Made by a program: the position numbers and the translations under genes
The notes under the pieces: model-generated
Seen by the model: only the letters and a program-made list of their open reading frames with translations
The model's database searches: none
Told to the model about the DNA's origin: nothing
Shown here: piece after piece, positions 1-8,101 of the stretch
Numbering within the stretch: position 1 is the stretch's first letter
Layout of the letters: each line of letters opens with the position of its first letter
Source: Limisphaerales bacterium
GTDB taxonomy: Bacteria; Verrucomicrobiota; Verrucomicrobiia; Limisphaerales; Palsa-1400
Length of the DNA stretch: 64,000 bases
Direction of reading: 5' to 3'
Assembly (NCBI GenBank): GCA_052325505.1
Contig: JBKQUS010000097.1
Span: 14,066 to 78,065, forward strand

Positions 1-1
1 C

Positions 2-2761
2 CTTTTTGAAGATCCCGGGGGCACACTTTGGATCGGAAGTGAAATTGGCGAACTGACGGCATACAAACCTGGTGCTGGATTTAACGCTATCGATATTGGC
101 CCTGCATTCGGACGGCGCAAGATCATTGCCATAAGCCTCGATAAAACGGGAGACATGTGGCTGGTGGACCCGGCTGGGATAATGATGCGGCTGAAGGATG
201 GTCTGCGGCTGGAACCAAAATCGGGCCTGGCAGTGTATCTGGCTAACGTCGCCAATGATTCGAGAGGAAACCTCTGGGTGTTGCGCAACGGCATGGCTTC
301 GGTACTCGAACAAGGCCGTCTCATTCCTCAATTTGGCCGCGATGCCACCTACCCGTATGTTCAGGGGATTTGTTCGAGCCGGCAGGGCGTATCCTGGGTG
401 GCCGGCGAAGGAATATTTTGGCTTCAGAATCCCGACGGGACGACCAATGGCTATGGGGCTGCGCCGTGGAACATGGTTCCATTGGTGGCGTTTTTGGAAA
501 CCTCAACCGGCTTGCTGGCGGCCGCCACGCAAGACCATGGTCTATTTATCGTCCGGCCCGGCGGTGCGGTTCTGAATTTGTGCCACAGCAACGGACTGCC
601 CACTGACTGGCTTTCCTGCCTGTGCGAGGACCATGAGAGAAACTTGTGGATCGGCACAGGCGGAAGTGGCCTCATCATGGTCCGCCCCGGTAATGTGATG
701 ACGCTGGAGCCTCCGGATCAGTGGCAGGGGCGGCCTGTGTTAAGTTTAACATTAGGACGGGACGGGACGATTTGGGTGGGGACGGAAGGCTCCGGCATTT
801 ACCGCTGGCAGGACGGAAATTGGTCGCATTTGGGGATAGAAGCTGGCATGAGCAACTTGTTCGTCTGGTCAATATGCGAGGATGCCAGGGGACGGCTGTG
901 GGTCGGATCATGGGGTGGTGGCGTGCAGATCCGCCATGGCGAACGTTTTGATGCCGTCCCCGAGGTGACGGATGCGATGCCCCCTGTGACTGCCCTATTA
1001 TCAAGCGGGCCGGACGAACTCTGGGCGGGGACCGGAGCGGGGCTATTGCATTACAATTACAAAGCGGGCAAGGCAACTTGGCTTACACAATCGGGGAAAA
1101 CATCGTTGTCCGACGTGCGGTGTGTGCTCAAGGACAAACAGGGCACTGTGTGGTTTGGGATGCTGGGCGGCGGCTTGGGCCGGCTGGACAAGGAGGGCCT
1201 GCGCCTCTTGAACAAGTCGGACGGTTTGAGCAGCGATTTTATCCAATTTCTGCACCCGGACAACGATGGGAGCCTGTGGATTGGAACTTGCGGCGGCGGC
1301 TTGAACCGGCTGAAAAATGGCCGATTCAGCGCCATCGGCACCGCCCAAGGCTTAGCGGACGACATTGTTTGCTGGGTGGAGGATGACGGTCTCGGTTATT
1401 TCTGGGTCAGTTCCCACGCAGGCATCATGCGGTTGAGCAAACGGGAACTGAACCAGTGCGCAGACGGACAATTGAAATCCGTCCACTGCTCATTGTTTGG
1501 CAAAGGAGATGGACTGCCCACGCTGGAATTCTCCGGCGGATTGCAACCGGCGGGATGCAAGACGGCGGACGGCCGCTTATGGTTTGCCTCCAGCAAAGGG
1601 GTGGTGGTGGTGGACCCGAAGGGTGTGAAATTGAACGCTTTGCCTCCGCCCGTGGTAATCGAGGCACTGCAGGTCGATGGCAAGCCCCTGGCCGGCTTGA
1701 ACGGGCAAACAGCGGACCGGCCCTTGCGCATCCCGCCAGGCCGCCATCGACTGGAGTTCGCTTACACCGGCCTGAGCTACTCGTCTCCGGAAAAAGTCCG
1801 ATTCCGCTACCGCCTGGAAGGTCTCGACAGCGAATGGACCGAGGCCGGCAGCAAACGCAGCGCCAGTTTCGATTACGTTCCACCGGGCCGCTATGCTTTT
1901 CAGGTTCTGGCCTGCAACGATGCCGGGGTTTGGAACGAGAAGGGGGCGACAGTGGCGTTTATTCTGTTGCCTCATTTCTGGCAAACATGGTGGTTTGCCG
2001 CGGTGGCCGGAGCGGTTGTGTTGTCAGCGGTGGCGGCGGGGGTCTGGCTGGCCGCGCGGCGGCGCATGCAGCGCAAACTGCAACGCCTGGAAAGGCAGCA
2101 AGCCATCGAGCGGGAGCGCACACGCATTGCCCAGGACATCCATGACGACCTTGGCGCAAGCCTCACCCGCATCACGATGCTCAGCCAATCGGCCCGCAGC
2201 GAATGGGACAACCCGCCGCGAGCCGCCGCCCAGGTGGACCAGATCTGCAACACGGCGCGCGAGTTGACACGCTCCATGGATGAAATTGTTTGGGCGGTCA
2301 ATCCCCGGCATGATTCGCTGGACAGCCTGGCCATTTATTTGGGGAAATTCGCGCAGGATTACTTGCGCGACGCCGGGATTCGATGCCATCTGAACATGCC
2401 GGAAGACCTGCCTCCCTGGCTGGTCACAGCGGAGGCGCGCCATAGCCTGTTCCTGGCCTTCAAGGAGGCCCTGCATAATGTTGTCAAACACTCCGGTGGA
2501 AATGAGGTGTGGGTGACTCTGACGTTGCGGACCGAGGCCATCGTCCTGACCATTCGCGACAATGGCCGGGGATTTGCTCCAGATTTGCCAGTCCACGTGG
2601 ACCCAACTGGTTCCGACCGCATTGAAGCCGGCCAGGGAATCCCCAATATGAAACTCCGGCTGGCGGAAATCCATGGCACATGTGATATTCAAAGCGCTGC
2701 CGAGGTTGGAACCACGGTCACGTTTGATCTGCCGGTTCAAGTGTCCGGTCTGCATAACTGA
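2..2761 (+). CDS. Sensor histidine kinase (periplasmic beta-propeller repeats / Y_Y_Y-type sensor, TM, HisKA_3, HATPase_c); 5' end cut by window edge
   Basis: The frame is open from nt 2 (LFEDPGGTLWIGSEIGELTAY...), so the M at 155 is internal. It has recurrent G.LW(I/V)GT.GGGL propeller-like motifs and a TM segment WWFAAVAGAVVLSAVAAGVWLAA. The H-box is ERTRIAQDIHDDLGASLTRI. ATPase boxes are HNVVKHSGG, DNGRGF and GQGIPNMKLRL. Confidence 0.85.
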   Translation, partial: LFEDPGGTLWIGSEIGELTAYKPGAGFNAIDIGPAFGRRKIIAISLDKTGDMWLVDPAGIMMRLKDGLRLEPKSGLAVYLANVANDSRGNLWVLRNGMASVLEQGRLIPQFGRDATYPYVQGICSSRQGVSWVAGEGIFWLQNPDGTTNGYGAAPWNMVPLVAFLETSTGLLAAATQDHGLFIVRPGGAVLNLCHSNGLPTDWLSCLCEDHERNLWIGTGGSGLIMVRPGNVMTLEPPDQWQGRPVLSLTLGRDGTIWVGTEGSGIYRWQDGNWSHLGIEAGMSNLFVWSICEDARGRLWVGSWGGGVQIRHGERFDAVPEVTDAMPPVTALLSSGPDELWAGTGAGLLHYNYKAGKATWLTQSGKTSLSDVRCVLKDKQGTVWFGMLGGGLGRLDKEGLRLLNKSDGLSSDFIQFLHPDNDGSLWIGTCGGGLNRLKNGRFSAIGTAQGLADDIVCWVEDDGLGYFWVSSHAGIMRLSKRELNQCADGQLKSVHCSLFGKGDGLPTLEFSGGLQPAGCKTADGRLWFASSKGVVVVDPKGVKLNALPPPVVIEALQVDGKPLAGLNGQTADRPLRIPPGRHRLEFAYTGLSYSSPEKVRFRYRLEGLDSEWTEAGSKRSASFDYVPPGRYAFQVLACNDAGVWNEKGATVAFILLPHFWQTWWFAAVAGAVVLSAVAAGVWLAARRRMQRKLQRLERQQAIERERTRIAQDIHDDLGASLTRITMLSQSARSEWDNPPRAAAQVDQICNTARELTRSMDEIVWAVNPRHDSLDSLAIYLGKFAQDYLRDAGIRCHLNMPEDLPPWLVTAEARHSLFLAFKEALHNVVKHSGGNEVWVTLTLRTEAIVLTIRDNGRGFAPDLPVHVDPTGSDRIEAGQGIPNMKLRLAEIHGTCDIQSAAEVGTTVTFDLPVQVSGLHN

Positions 2762-2844
2762 AACATGACATCTTCCGGCCATCGTCAAAACTCACGATAC
2801 TTTTTTGCTGGCATCGCCGATCAAAGGAAGGAGAATCTTGCCAA

Positions 2845-3483
2845 GTGAGTATCAGTGTATCCATCGTCGAAGATGATGCGGAAACGCGCGAAATCCTCGC
2901 CGGGTGGATCAAAAATTCGCGTGATTTGCATCTGGTCAGCAACTATGGCACCGGCGAACGCGCCGCGGTTCGCCTGCCGTCCGACAAACCCGATATCGTA
3001 TTGATGGATATCGATCTTCCAGGCATTAGCGGCATCGAATGTGTCCGACAGTTGAAACGGATATTGCCTGACACCCAGTTTCTGATGCTCACGGTTTATG
3101 AGGATTCAGATTACTTGTTCAGCGCGCTGGCCAGCGGGGCCAGCGGCTATTTACTCAAAAGAACTTCGCCCAAGGAGTTGATCAACGCAGTCAAGGAGGT
3201 TCACTCCGGTGGCTCGCCCATGAGCAGCAACATAGCCCGGAAAGTGGTGCAGTCCTTCAGGCAAGAGGCCCCCGGACCAGACGGCGTGGAGGACTTGACA
3301 CCGCGTGAACGCCAAGTGCTGCAACTCCTGGCCGCAGGCGACCTTTACAAGGAAATCGCCGATCACCTTGGGATTTCAGTCACGACGGTCAACGCCCATG
3401 TTCGCAGCATTTACGTAAAGCTTCAGGTGCGTTCCCGGGGACAGGCGGTTGCGAAATATGCCCATCTGACTTCGGCTCCTTAA
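2845..3483 (+). CDS. Response regulator, NarL/FixJ (LuxR-type HTH) family
   Basis: The receiver domain shows SIVEDD and VLMDIDLPGISG. The C-terminal HTH is LTPRERQVLQLLAAGDLYKEIADHLGISVTTVNAHVRSIYVKLQV. It lies 84 nt downstream of the HisKA_3 kinase and uses the non-ATG start given by the ORF track. Confidence 0.9.
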   Translation: MSISVSIVEDDAETREILAGWIKNSRDLHLVSNYGTGERAAVRLPSDKPDIVLMDIDLPGISGIECVRQLKRILPDTQFLMLTVYEDSDYLFSALASGASGYLLKRTSPKELINAVKEVHSGGSPMSSNIARKVVQSFRQEAPGPDGVEDLTPRERQVLQLLAAGDLYKEIADHLGISVTTVNAHVRSIYVKLQVRSRGQAVAKYAHLTSAP

Positions 3484-3511
3484 GAAGAGCGCCTCCGTCC
3501 GTTCTCAGCGC

Positions 3512-3538
3512 CTCGTTAGTTTTAACGAGCATGTTTTT
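3512..3538 (+). terminator. Possible weak intrinsic terminator after the regulator gene
   Basis: A CTCGTTA-gttt-TAACGAG hairpin (7-bp AT-rich stem) is followed by cATGTTTTTCTT. Confidence 0.3.
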
Positions 3539-3732
3539 CTTCACCCCTTTGCCGATGCTAGCTAGGGTTCCTTGAAATGAAATCCATTATACAGCCATGC
3601 CTTCCAGATTGCCGACGCAAGGATGCCAGAGATGGCCGGTACGACGGAGTTTCATCAGGCCGGATGCGGAACTTTGACCATGAAGATCGATCCGGTAAAG
3701 ACATAATCACCTAAACTCAACTACCCAATACT

Positions 3733-6570
3733 ATGAAACGAATGAAAAGCATCCCACTCACCATCGCGCTGGGGGCCGCCATTGCCCTGATGTCCGGCAG
3801 CACAGCCCAGGCTGGATCCGCAACCCTTTCCAACATCGCCGGCGGCGCGGCCCCCACCCCCGGGCCGTATGACTGTTATATGTTGGACAACGAAACCTAC
3901 TACAGTGAAGCCCAGGCAGACCAGGAGCCGGCTTCAAGCGCCACAATCAATTACTATTCAAACGGCGGCGGCGGCGGCTATTTCCCCGGACAAATATTTA
4001 CCACCCCGGCTCTTCCGGCCGGCGCCTATGGGTTCTCCCTGGCGAGTGTGACGGTGAATGAATGGGGTAACGATGGAGGTGGCCTCACCACCAGTTATCA
4101 GGATTACACCCTGACCCTTCTTTCAGTGCAGGCCAACACCCCCTCTGCCGGAGAGTTTACTGTGACTCCAATCGCTTCCTACACTTCGCAGCCTTATGAA
4201 GTGAGTGACGAGTATTATATGACGTTTGTGCCCGCTGCCGGCACTGCTGCCGCGCTCACGGCCAACACGGAGTATTGCTGGACCGTCGGGAATGATGGCA
4301 GCGGCTGGGTGGAAACGGGTGCTGAACCAACATTGGGCAATACAGGGGGAACCGCTTCAGCGCTGGTGCCGAGTACCGGGCTGAGCAGCGAGTACAATGC
4401 CAGCGGCTATTTGATTGACCCTAACGACATGGCCGTGGTCGCTCCGGTCGCGGGTGGAGTCATATATGCCGACGATCAAGCGCCCACCTTTCAAGCGATG
4501 TATGACCTCCAACTGACTCCCATCACTTTTGCCGCCAACCCGGTCACAATCGCCACGGCGGGCAATATTTATCAAACCCCGGAGCCTGCCTTCAGCAATG
4601 GGACGGCAGTGACGCTCGACTGCGGATCCATTCTTGGGGGCGTGTCGCCATTTAATTATCAATGGCAGGTGTCATACACTGCTCCCGGGGCAAACACCGC
4701 CGGCAGTTTCGCGAACACCGGCGGCAATAGTTCAAGCTTGACAGTGACTCCGGCCGCCAATGGATATTATCAATATCAGGTAATTGTCACGGACAGCACC
4801 ACGCCCACCCCTCAGACGGCCATGGCTGCCTCGGTTGGTTTGGTGATCGCTCCCGCCGCTTTGACGGTGAACATGGCTGACGAAGGCGCCAGCTATTCGC
4901 CGCCTGGTTGTTATGACGCCATACAGCAAACGGTTGGCGGCGGCATGATCTCCAGTATAAATTACTATGACAATTTCACAGCATCGCCTGCCGGCAATAT
5001 CTTTTTCACCGGCAACGATGCGTCGGGATACACCCTCACCTCCATCCAGATCGAGACTGGCAACAATGGTGATACTTCGTCGAGCACCACCCTGCTCCAG
5101 CCTTATTATCTGTGCATTTACCAGCTCAACACCGCGCAGACACTCGCCACGCTGGTGCAGCAGTATTATTGCCCATCGTTCTTGTTCACTTTTGGTGACT
5201 GGATCGAATGGCAGGGGTTGAGCACACCGCTGGCTGCCAACAGCACGTATGCTTACACTTTTGTGAATGATGATAACGCAAGCTGGGCGGGCTTGGACGC
5301 AAGTCCCACACCCGTAGCCACCTCGCCTTCCGGCATCGAAGGTGGAGTGGGTGTTGCCGTCTTGATCTCACCCGAAGACCGTAACGTTTCCCAGGACACC
5401 GCCGGCTGTTCCGGCACATTTATAGTGGGATTGACGGACGGCGGAGTGACGGTCAATTGCCCCCAAGCCAATGGACTGGTGGTTTCGCCACTCGGAACCG
5501 TGGCGGCTGGAACGACGGTCAGCTTGAGTGAAACACCCGGCGGCGAGGCGCCTTTCACCTATACTTGGAAATGGGACGCAGGATTGGGCGGCACACCTTC
5601 GGTGATTGTTCCCGGCACTACTGCTCATCAGAGCGGATCGAGCATCGATATCAATACCGTCGCGTCGCCCTTGGCGCCTGGCACCTACCAATTCACAGTC
5701 ACGGTTGACAATGGCCATGAACTGGACGGCTCCAGCACCAGCCCGGTGGCCTCCGTGACGGTTCTCGAGGCCTTGGGGAGTTGTCTTGTGACCGACCTCG
5801 GCTCCACAAATACGCCGGCTGTCCTGCCCAACAGCAGCCTGGACATATATGACCTGGTTGACAACTGCGGCGATGACAACAATGTGCCTCCTGGATTAGG
5901 CGGCTATTACATCAATAATACGCCTCCCGGACAGAGCTTCTTGACGGGATCATATCCGCTTTCTCTCACCAGCCTCTACGTTAAATTGGGTGGTTTGTCG
6001 GGTAGTGGCGGACTTCCCGTCACTGGTCAGCCGTACGCGATCAACATTTACACCATCAGCGGCACCAACGCGCTGCCGTACGCAAGCTATACATCGGGGA
6101 CCACGGTTATCCCGGGCTACGTAAATTCATACACTACTGTTAATGCAGATTGGCTCGAAATTAACGGCTTTGCGCCATTGCCACTGCAGGCCAACACCAC
6201 CTATGCATGGACATTTAGCGAGACCTTGTCCGGCGACAGCGGCTGGATGGAAATCGCCACCGACAACACCGGCACGAACTTGCTCGGGTCAACGACTGGC
6301 AGTGCCGTATCGGTTCCGTTTGGTGGCGGTGGACTCAATATACCGACCAGCGGTTCTTATGACGCCGTCTTTGACGCCGTCCTTCTACCTGTGTTGAACT
6401 ATACGCAGAACGCCAACGGGTCAATGACGTTGACATGGGCGGCGGGCACCCTGGTGTCCACTACCAGCTTGTCCTCGCCGGCGTGGACGCCGGTTGGCGG
6501 GGCATCGTCTCCGTACACGTTCACTCCGCCAGCGACCGGGAGCAAGTTCTACGCGGTCGTGGTACCGTAA
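3733..6570 (+). CDS. Secreted 945-aa protein of unknown function: signal peptide, three copies of a ~160-aa module interspersed with Ig-like segments
   Basis: The signal peptide is MKRMKSIPLTIALGAAIALMSGSTAQA. The module recurs at about nt 3940-4378, 4957-5420 and 5899-6390. Its shared pattern is (I/L)NYY..., PG(Q/N).F.TG, Y.LTS(V/I), QPY.(L/I).(I/L)Y, DW(L/I).(W/I).G(L/F)..PL.ANT.YAW.F and GW. An Ig-like segment carries FNYQWQVSY...YQYQVIVTD. Confidence 0.8.
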   Translation: MKRMKSIPLTIALGAAIALMSGSTAQAGSATLSNIAGGAAPTPGPYDCYMLDNETYYSEAQADQEPASSATINYYSNGGGGGYFPGQIFTTPALPAGAYGFSLASVTVNEWGNDGGGLTTSYQDYTLTLLSVQANTPSAGEFTVTPIASYTSQPYEVSDEYYMTFVPAAGTAAALTANTEYCWTVGNDGSGWVETGAEPTLGNTGGTASALVPSTGLSSEYNASGYLIDPNDMAVVAPVAGGVIYADDQAPTFQAMYDLQLTPITFAANPVTIATAGNIYQTPEPAFSNGTAVTLDCGSILGGVSPFNYQWQVSYTAPGANTAGSFANTGGNSSSLTVTPAANGYYQYQVIVTDSTTPTPQTAMAASVGLVIAPAALTVNMADEGASYSPPGCYDAIQQTVGGGMISSINYYDNFTASPAGNIFFTGNDASGYTLTSIQIETGNNGDTSSSTTLLQPYYLCIYQLNTAQTLATLVQQYYCPSFLFTFGDWIEWQGLSTPLAANSTYAYTFVNDDNASWAGLDASPTPVATSPSGIEGGVGVAVLISPEDRNVSQDTAGCSGTFIVGLTDGGVTVNCPQANGLVVSPLGTVAAGTTVSLSETPGGEAPFTYTWKWDAGLGGTPSVIVPGTTAHQSGSSIDINTVASPLAPGTYQFTVTVDNGHELDGSSTSPVASVTVLEALGSCLVTDLGSTNTPAVLPNSSLDIYDLVDNCGDDNNVPPGLGGYYINNTPPGQSFLTGSYPLSLTSLYVKLGGLSGSGGLPVTGQPYAINIYTISGTNALPYASYTSGTTVIPGYVNSYTTVNADWLEINGFAPLPLQANTTYAWTFSETLSGDSGWMEIATDNTGTNLLGSTTGSAVSVPFGGGGLNIPTSGSYDAVFDAVLLPVLNYTQNANGSMTLTWAAGTLVSTTSLSSPAWTPVGGASSPYTFTPPATGSKFYAVVVP

Positions 6571-6583
6571 TTGCCATATTCAC

Positions 6584-6627
6584 GGGAAGGGGCGTCTCCT
6601 AGTGATGCGCCCCTTCCCTTCGGTTTT
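6584..6627 (+). terminator. Intrinsic terminator downstream of the 945-aa gene
   Basis: A perfect 11-bp stem pairs GGGAAGGGGCG (6584-6594) with CGCCCCTTCCC (6608-6618). It is followed by TTCGGTTTTAG. Confidence 0.55.
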
Positions 6628-6850
6628 AGTAGGGAGGGGGATGACAGGGGTCAGGGAACAGTTTCGATTTGATAATGATTTTGTGACAAAGGAACAATGC
6701 ACGCCAACGTCAGCAAAGAGCATGCGAGTTCCGGTTGTGAAATGGTTGGTTGTGATGACTGCTGGTTGCTGGTTCGGCAGAGGGGCGTGTCCGTAAGATG
6801 GCATGCCCCTCTCCTGCCAGTGGGAACGCAATGCCGGGGTGAAGATGATT

Positions 6851-6906
6851 TATAATTCATAAACAAAGAGAGACATTAAATGAGTAATTTGAGTAATTGC
6901 AGGAGA
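6851..6906 (+). promoter_or_regulatory. Candidate promoter -10 (TATAAT, 6851-6856) and RBS (AGGAGA, 6901-6906) for the prepilin-like gene
   Basis: A consensus TATAAT hexamer sits in an AT-rich stretch. AGGAGA lies 8 nt upstream of the ATG at 6915. Confidence 0.35.
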
Positions 6907-6914
6907 AACGACAA

Positions 6915-7811
6915 ATGAATTCCAATTCCAACAAGCAGCACGAAGTTTCCAGCTCTGCTTTTACGTTGATTGAACTGCTGGTGGTAATAGCGATTATTGC
7001 CATTCTTGCGGCGATATTGCTGCCGGCTTTGGCCATGGCCAAGTCACAGGCCCTGAAGACTCAATGCATCAACAACGAGAAGCAGATGGGTGCAGCGAAT
7101 GCCATGTATGCCAACGATTTCAAGGATTTTATGGCGTTTTGCAACTGGGACGGTGGCAACCAGCTTACAGACCCTTCCACGGGCCAGAATGGAAAAGGCT
7201 GGCTCTACACATGCAGCGGGTCCATCCCCCAACCAACCGCGATACATTATGAAAACGACCCCGTTGTTTGTTGGTCTGGCGGTCAGAATGGCGTGCCTGG
7301 AGGCGGATTGTGGTGGCCTTACGTGCATAACCAAAACAGCTACCTCTGCCCGGTGGATCTTTCGACCTATGCGACAGGTCCGAATGCTTACAGCAAGCGT
7401 GCCAACGAACTTTGCACGTACGTGATGAATGGCTCTGTCGCCGGTTTTCCCCAGAGTACCGACCTGGTGTTTCGATCCACAAGGATAAGCGCAGTCTGGA
7501 GTCCATCATGCTGGCTTTTTTGGGAGCCTAATGCGGCGGCCGCCCCAGCCGGTGGCGGCCTCAATGAGTACAATGACGGCTCAAATTTTCCAAACACCCC
7601 TGTGTCCACCCCAGCGGGCAGCGAGGGGATTGGCATACTCCACGACAAGCGCGGCGGCAATATTGGCCGTCTTGACGGTGGTTCCATATTCGTCACTTCA
7701 AACCAGTTTAATCTGGAGTCGAAGGGCCCCCCGGGAGATGCACCCGACGGGAATAGAACGCTACTTTGGTGGAGCATCTATTATTTTAACGGGCATCAAG
7801 CTCCTGGATGA
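6915..7811 (+). CDS. Prepilin-type N-terminal cleavage/methylation domain protein (PVC-type pseudopilin-like, H-X9/10-DG-like C-terminal motif)
   Basis: [32 protein letters not shown] is a class III signal / N-methylation motif. The C-terminal part contains [15 protein letters not shown] prefer the ATG at 6915 with its RBS over the track's alternative start at 6897. Confidence 0.85.
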   Translation: MNSNSNKQHEVSSSAFTLIELLVVIAIIAILAAILLPALAMAKSQALKTQCINNEKQMGAANAMYANDFKDFMAFCNWDGGNQLTDPSTGQNGKGWLYTCSGSIPQPTAIHYENDPVVCWSGGQNGVPGGGLWWPYVHNQNSYLCPVDLSTYATGPNAYSKRANELCTYVMNGSVAGFPQSTDLVFRSTRISAVWSPSCWLFWEPNAAAAPAGGGLNEYNDGSNFPNTPVSTPAGSEGIGILHDKRGGNIGRLDGGSIFVTSNQFNLESKGPPGDAPDGNRTLLWWSIYYFNGHQAPG

Positions 7812-8101
7812 CTTGTCATAATCGCAGCCCACTTATGCAGGAGTTGATGAACCTTGAATCCCTCGCAGGGGGAAGTCTTTCCGCAGGCTTTGGCGATCGT
7901 TCCGCCGTCAGCGATCAGTGCGCTGCCAGCACCATGGACACCACGGCATTGACCCACGCCCTGACTGTCTGCTGCTTCAGGGACGATTGTCCGTTGAAGG
8001 ATCTCGAATCAGCCGTTTACGGCGAAGTCATAGACCGCCTGCAGCACCCATTCACTTGGCGCTTTCGTCGCTGGTGGCGGCGTACAGCCAACGGCTTGTG
8101 A
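7808..8101 (+). CDS. Hypothetical small Cys-containing ORF (97 aa), coupled to both neighbours; coding status unproven
   Basis: Its ATG (7808) overlaps the TGA of the prepilin-like gene as ATGA. Its TGA (8099-8101) overlaps a GTG (8098) that gives the GH2 protein a good signal peptide. It contains the conserved block [34 protein letters not shown], shared with the ORF at 13653. No known family was recognised. Confidence 0.35.
   Translation: MTCHNRSPLMQELMNLESLAGGSLSAGFGDRSAVSDQCAASTMDTTALTHALTVCCFRDDCPLKDLESAVYGEVIDRLQHPFTWRFRRWWRRTANGL
7911..8040 (+). repeat. Conserved element copy 1 (direct repeat of 13801-13930)
   Basis: In my hand alignment the core 7931-8040 matches 13821-13930 at 98 of 110 positions with no indels, at an offset of 5890 nt. 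Weaker similarity extends about 20 nt upstream. Confidence 0.85.

Noticed and set aside
155-157. ATG at 155 as the true start of the sensor kinase
   Set aside because: The reading frame is open back to nt 2 and encodes further propeller-like sequence (TLWIGSEIG...). The gene is truncated by the window edge.
7918-8097. N-terminal extension of the GH2 ORF given by the track (start at 7918)
   Set aside because: The extension ([17 protein letters not shown]...) is His/Arg-rich and precedes the signal peptide. It is simply the alternative frame of the conserved repeat element, where the differences between copies are nearly all non-synonymous. GTG 8098 or ATG 8146 are better starts.
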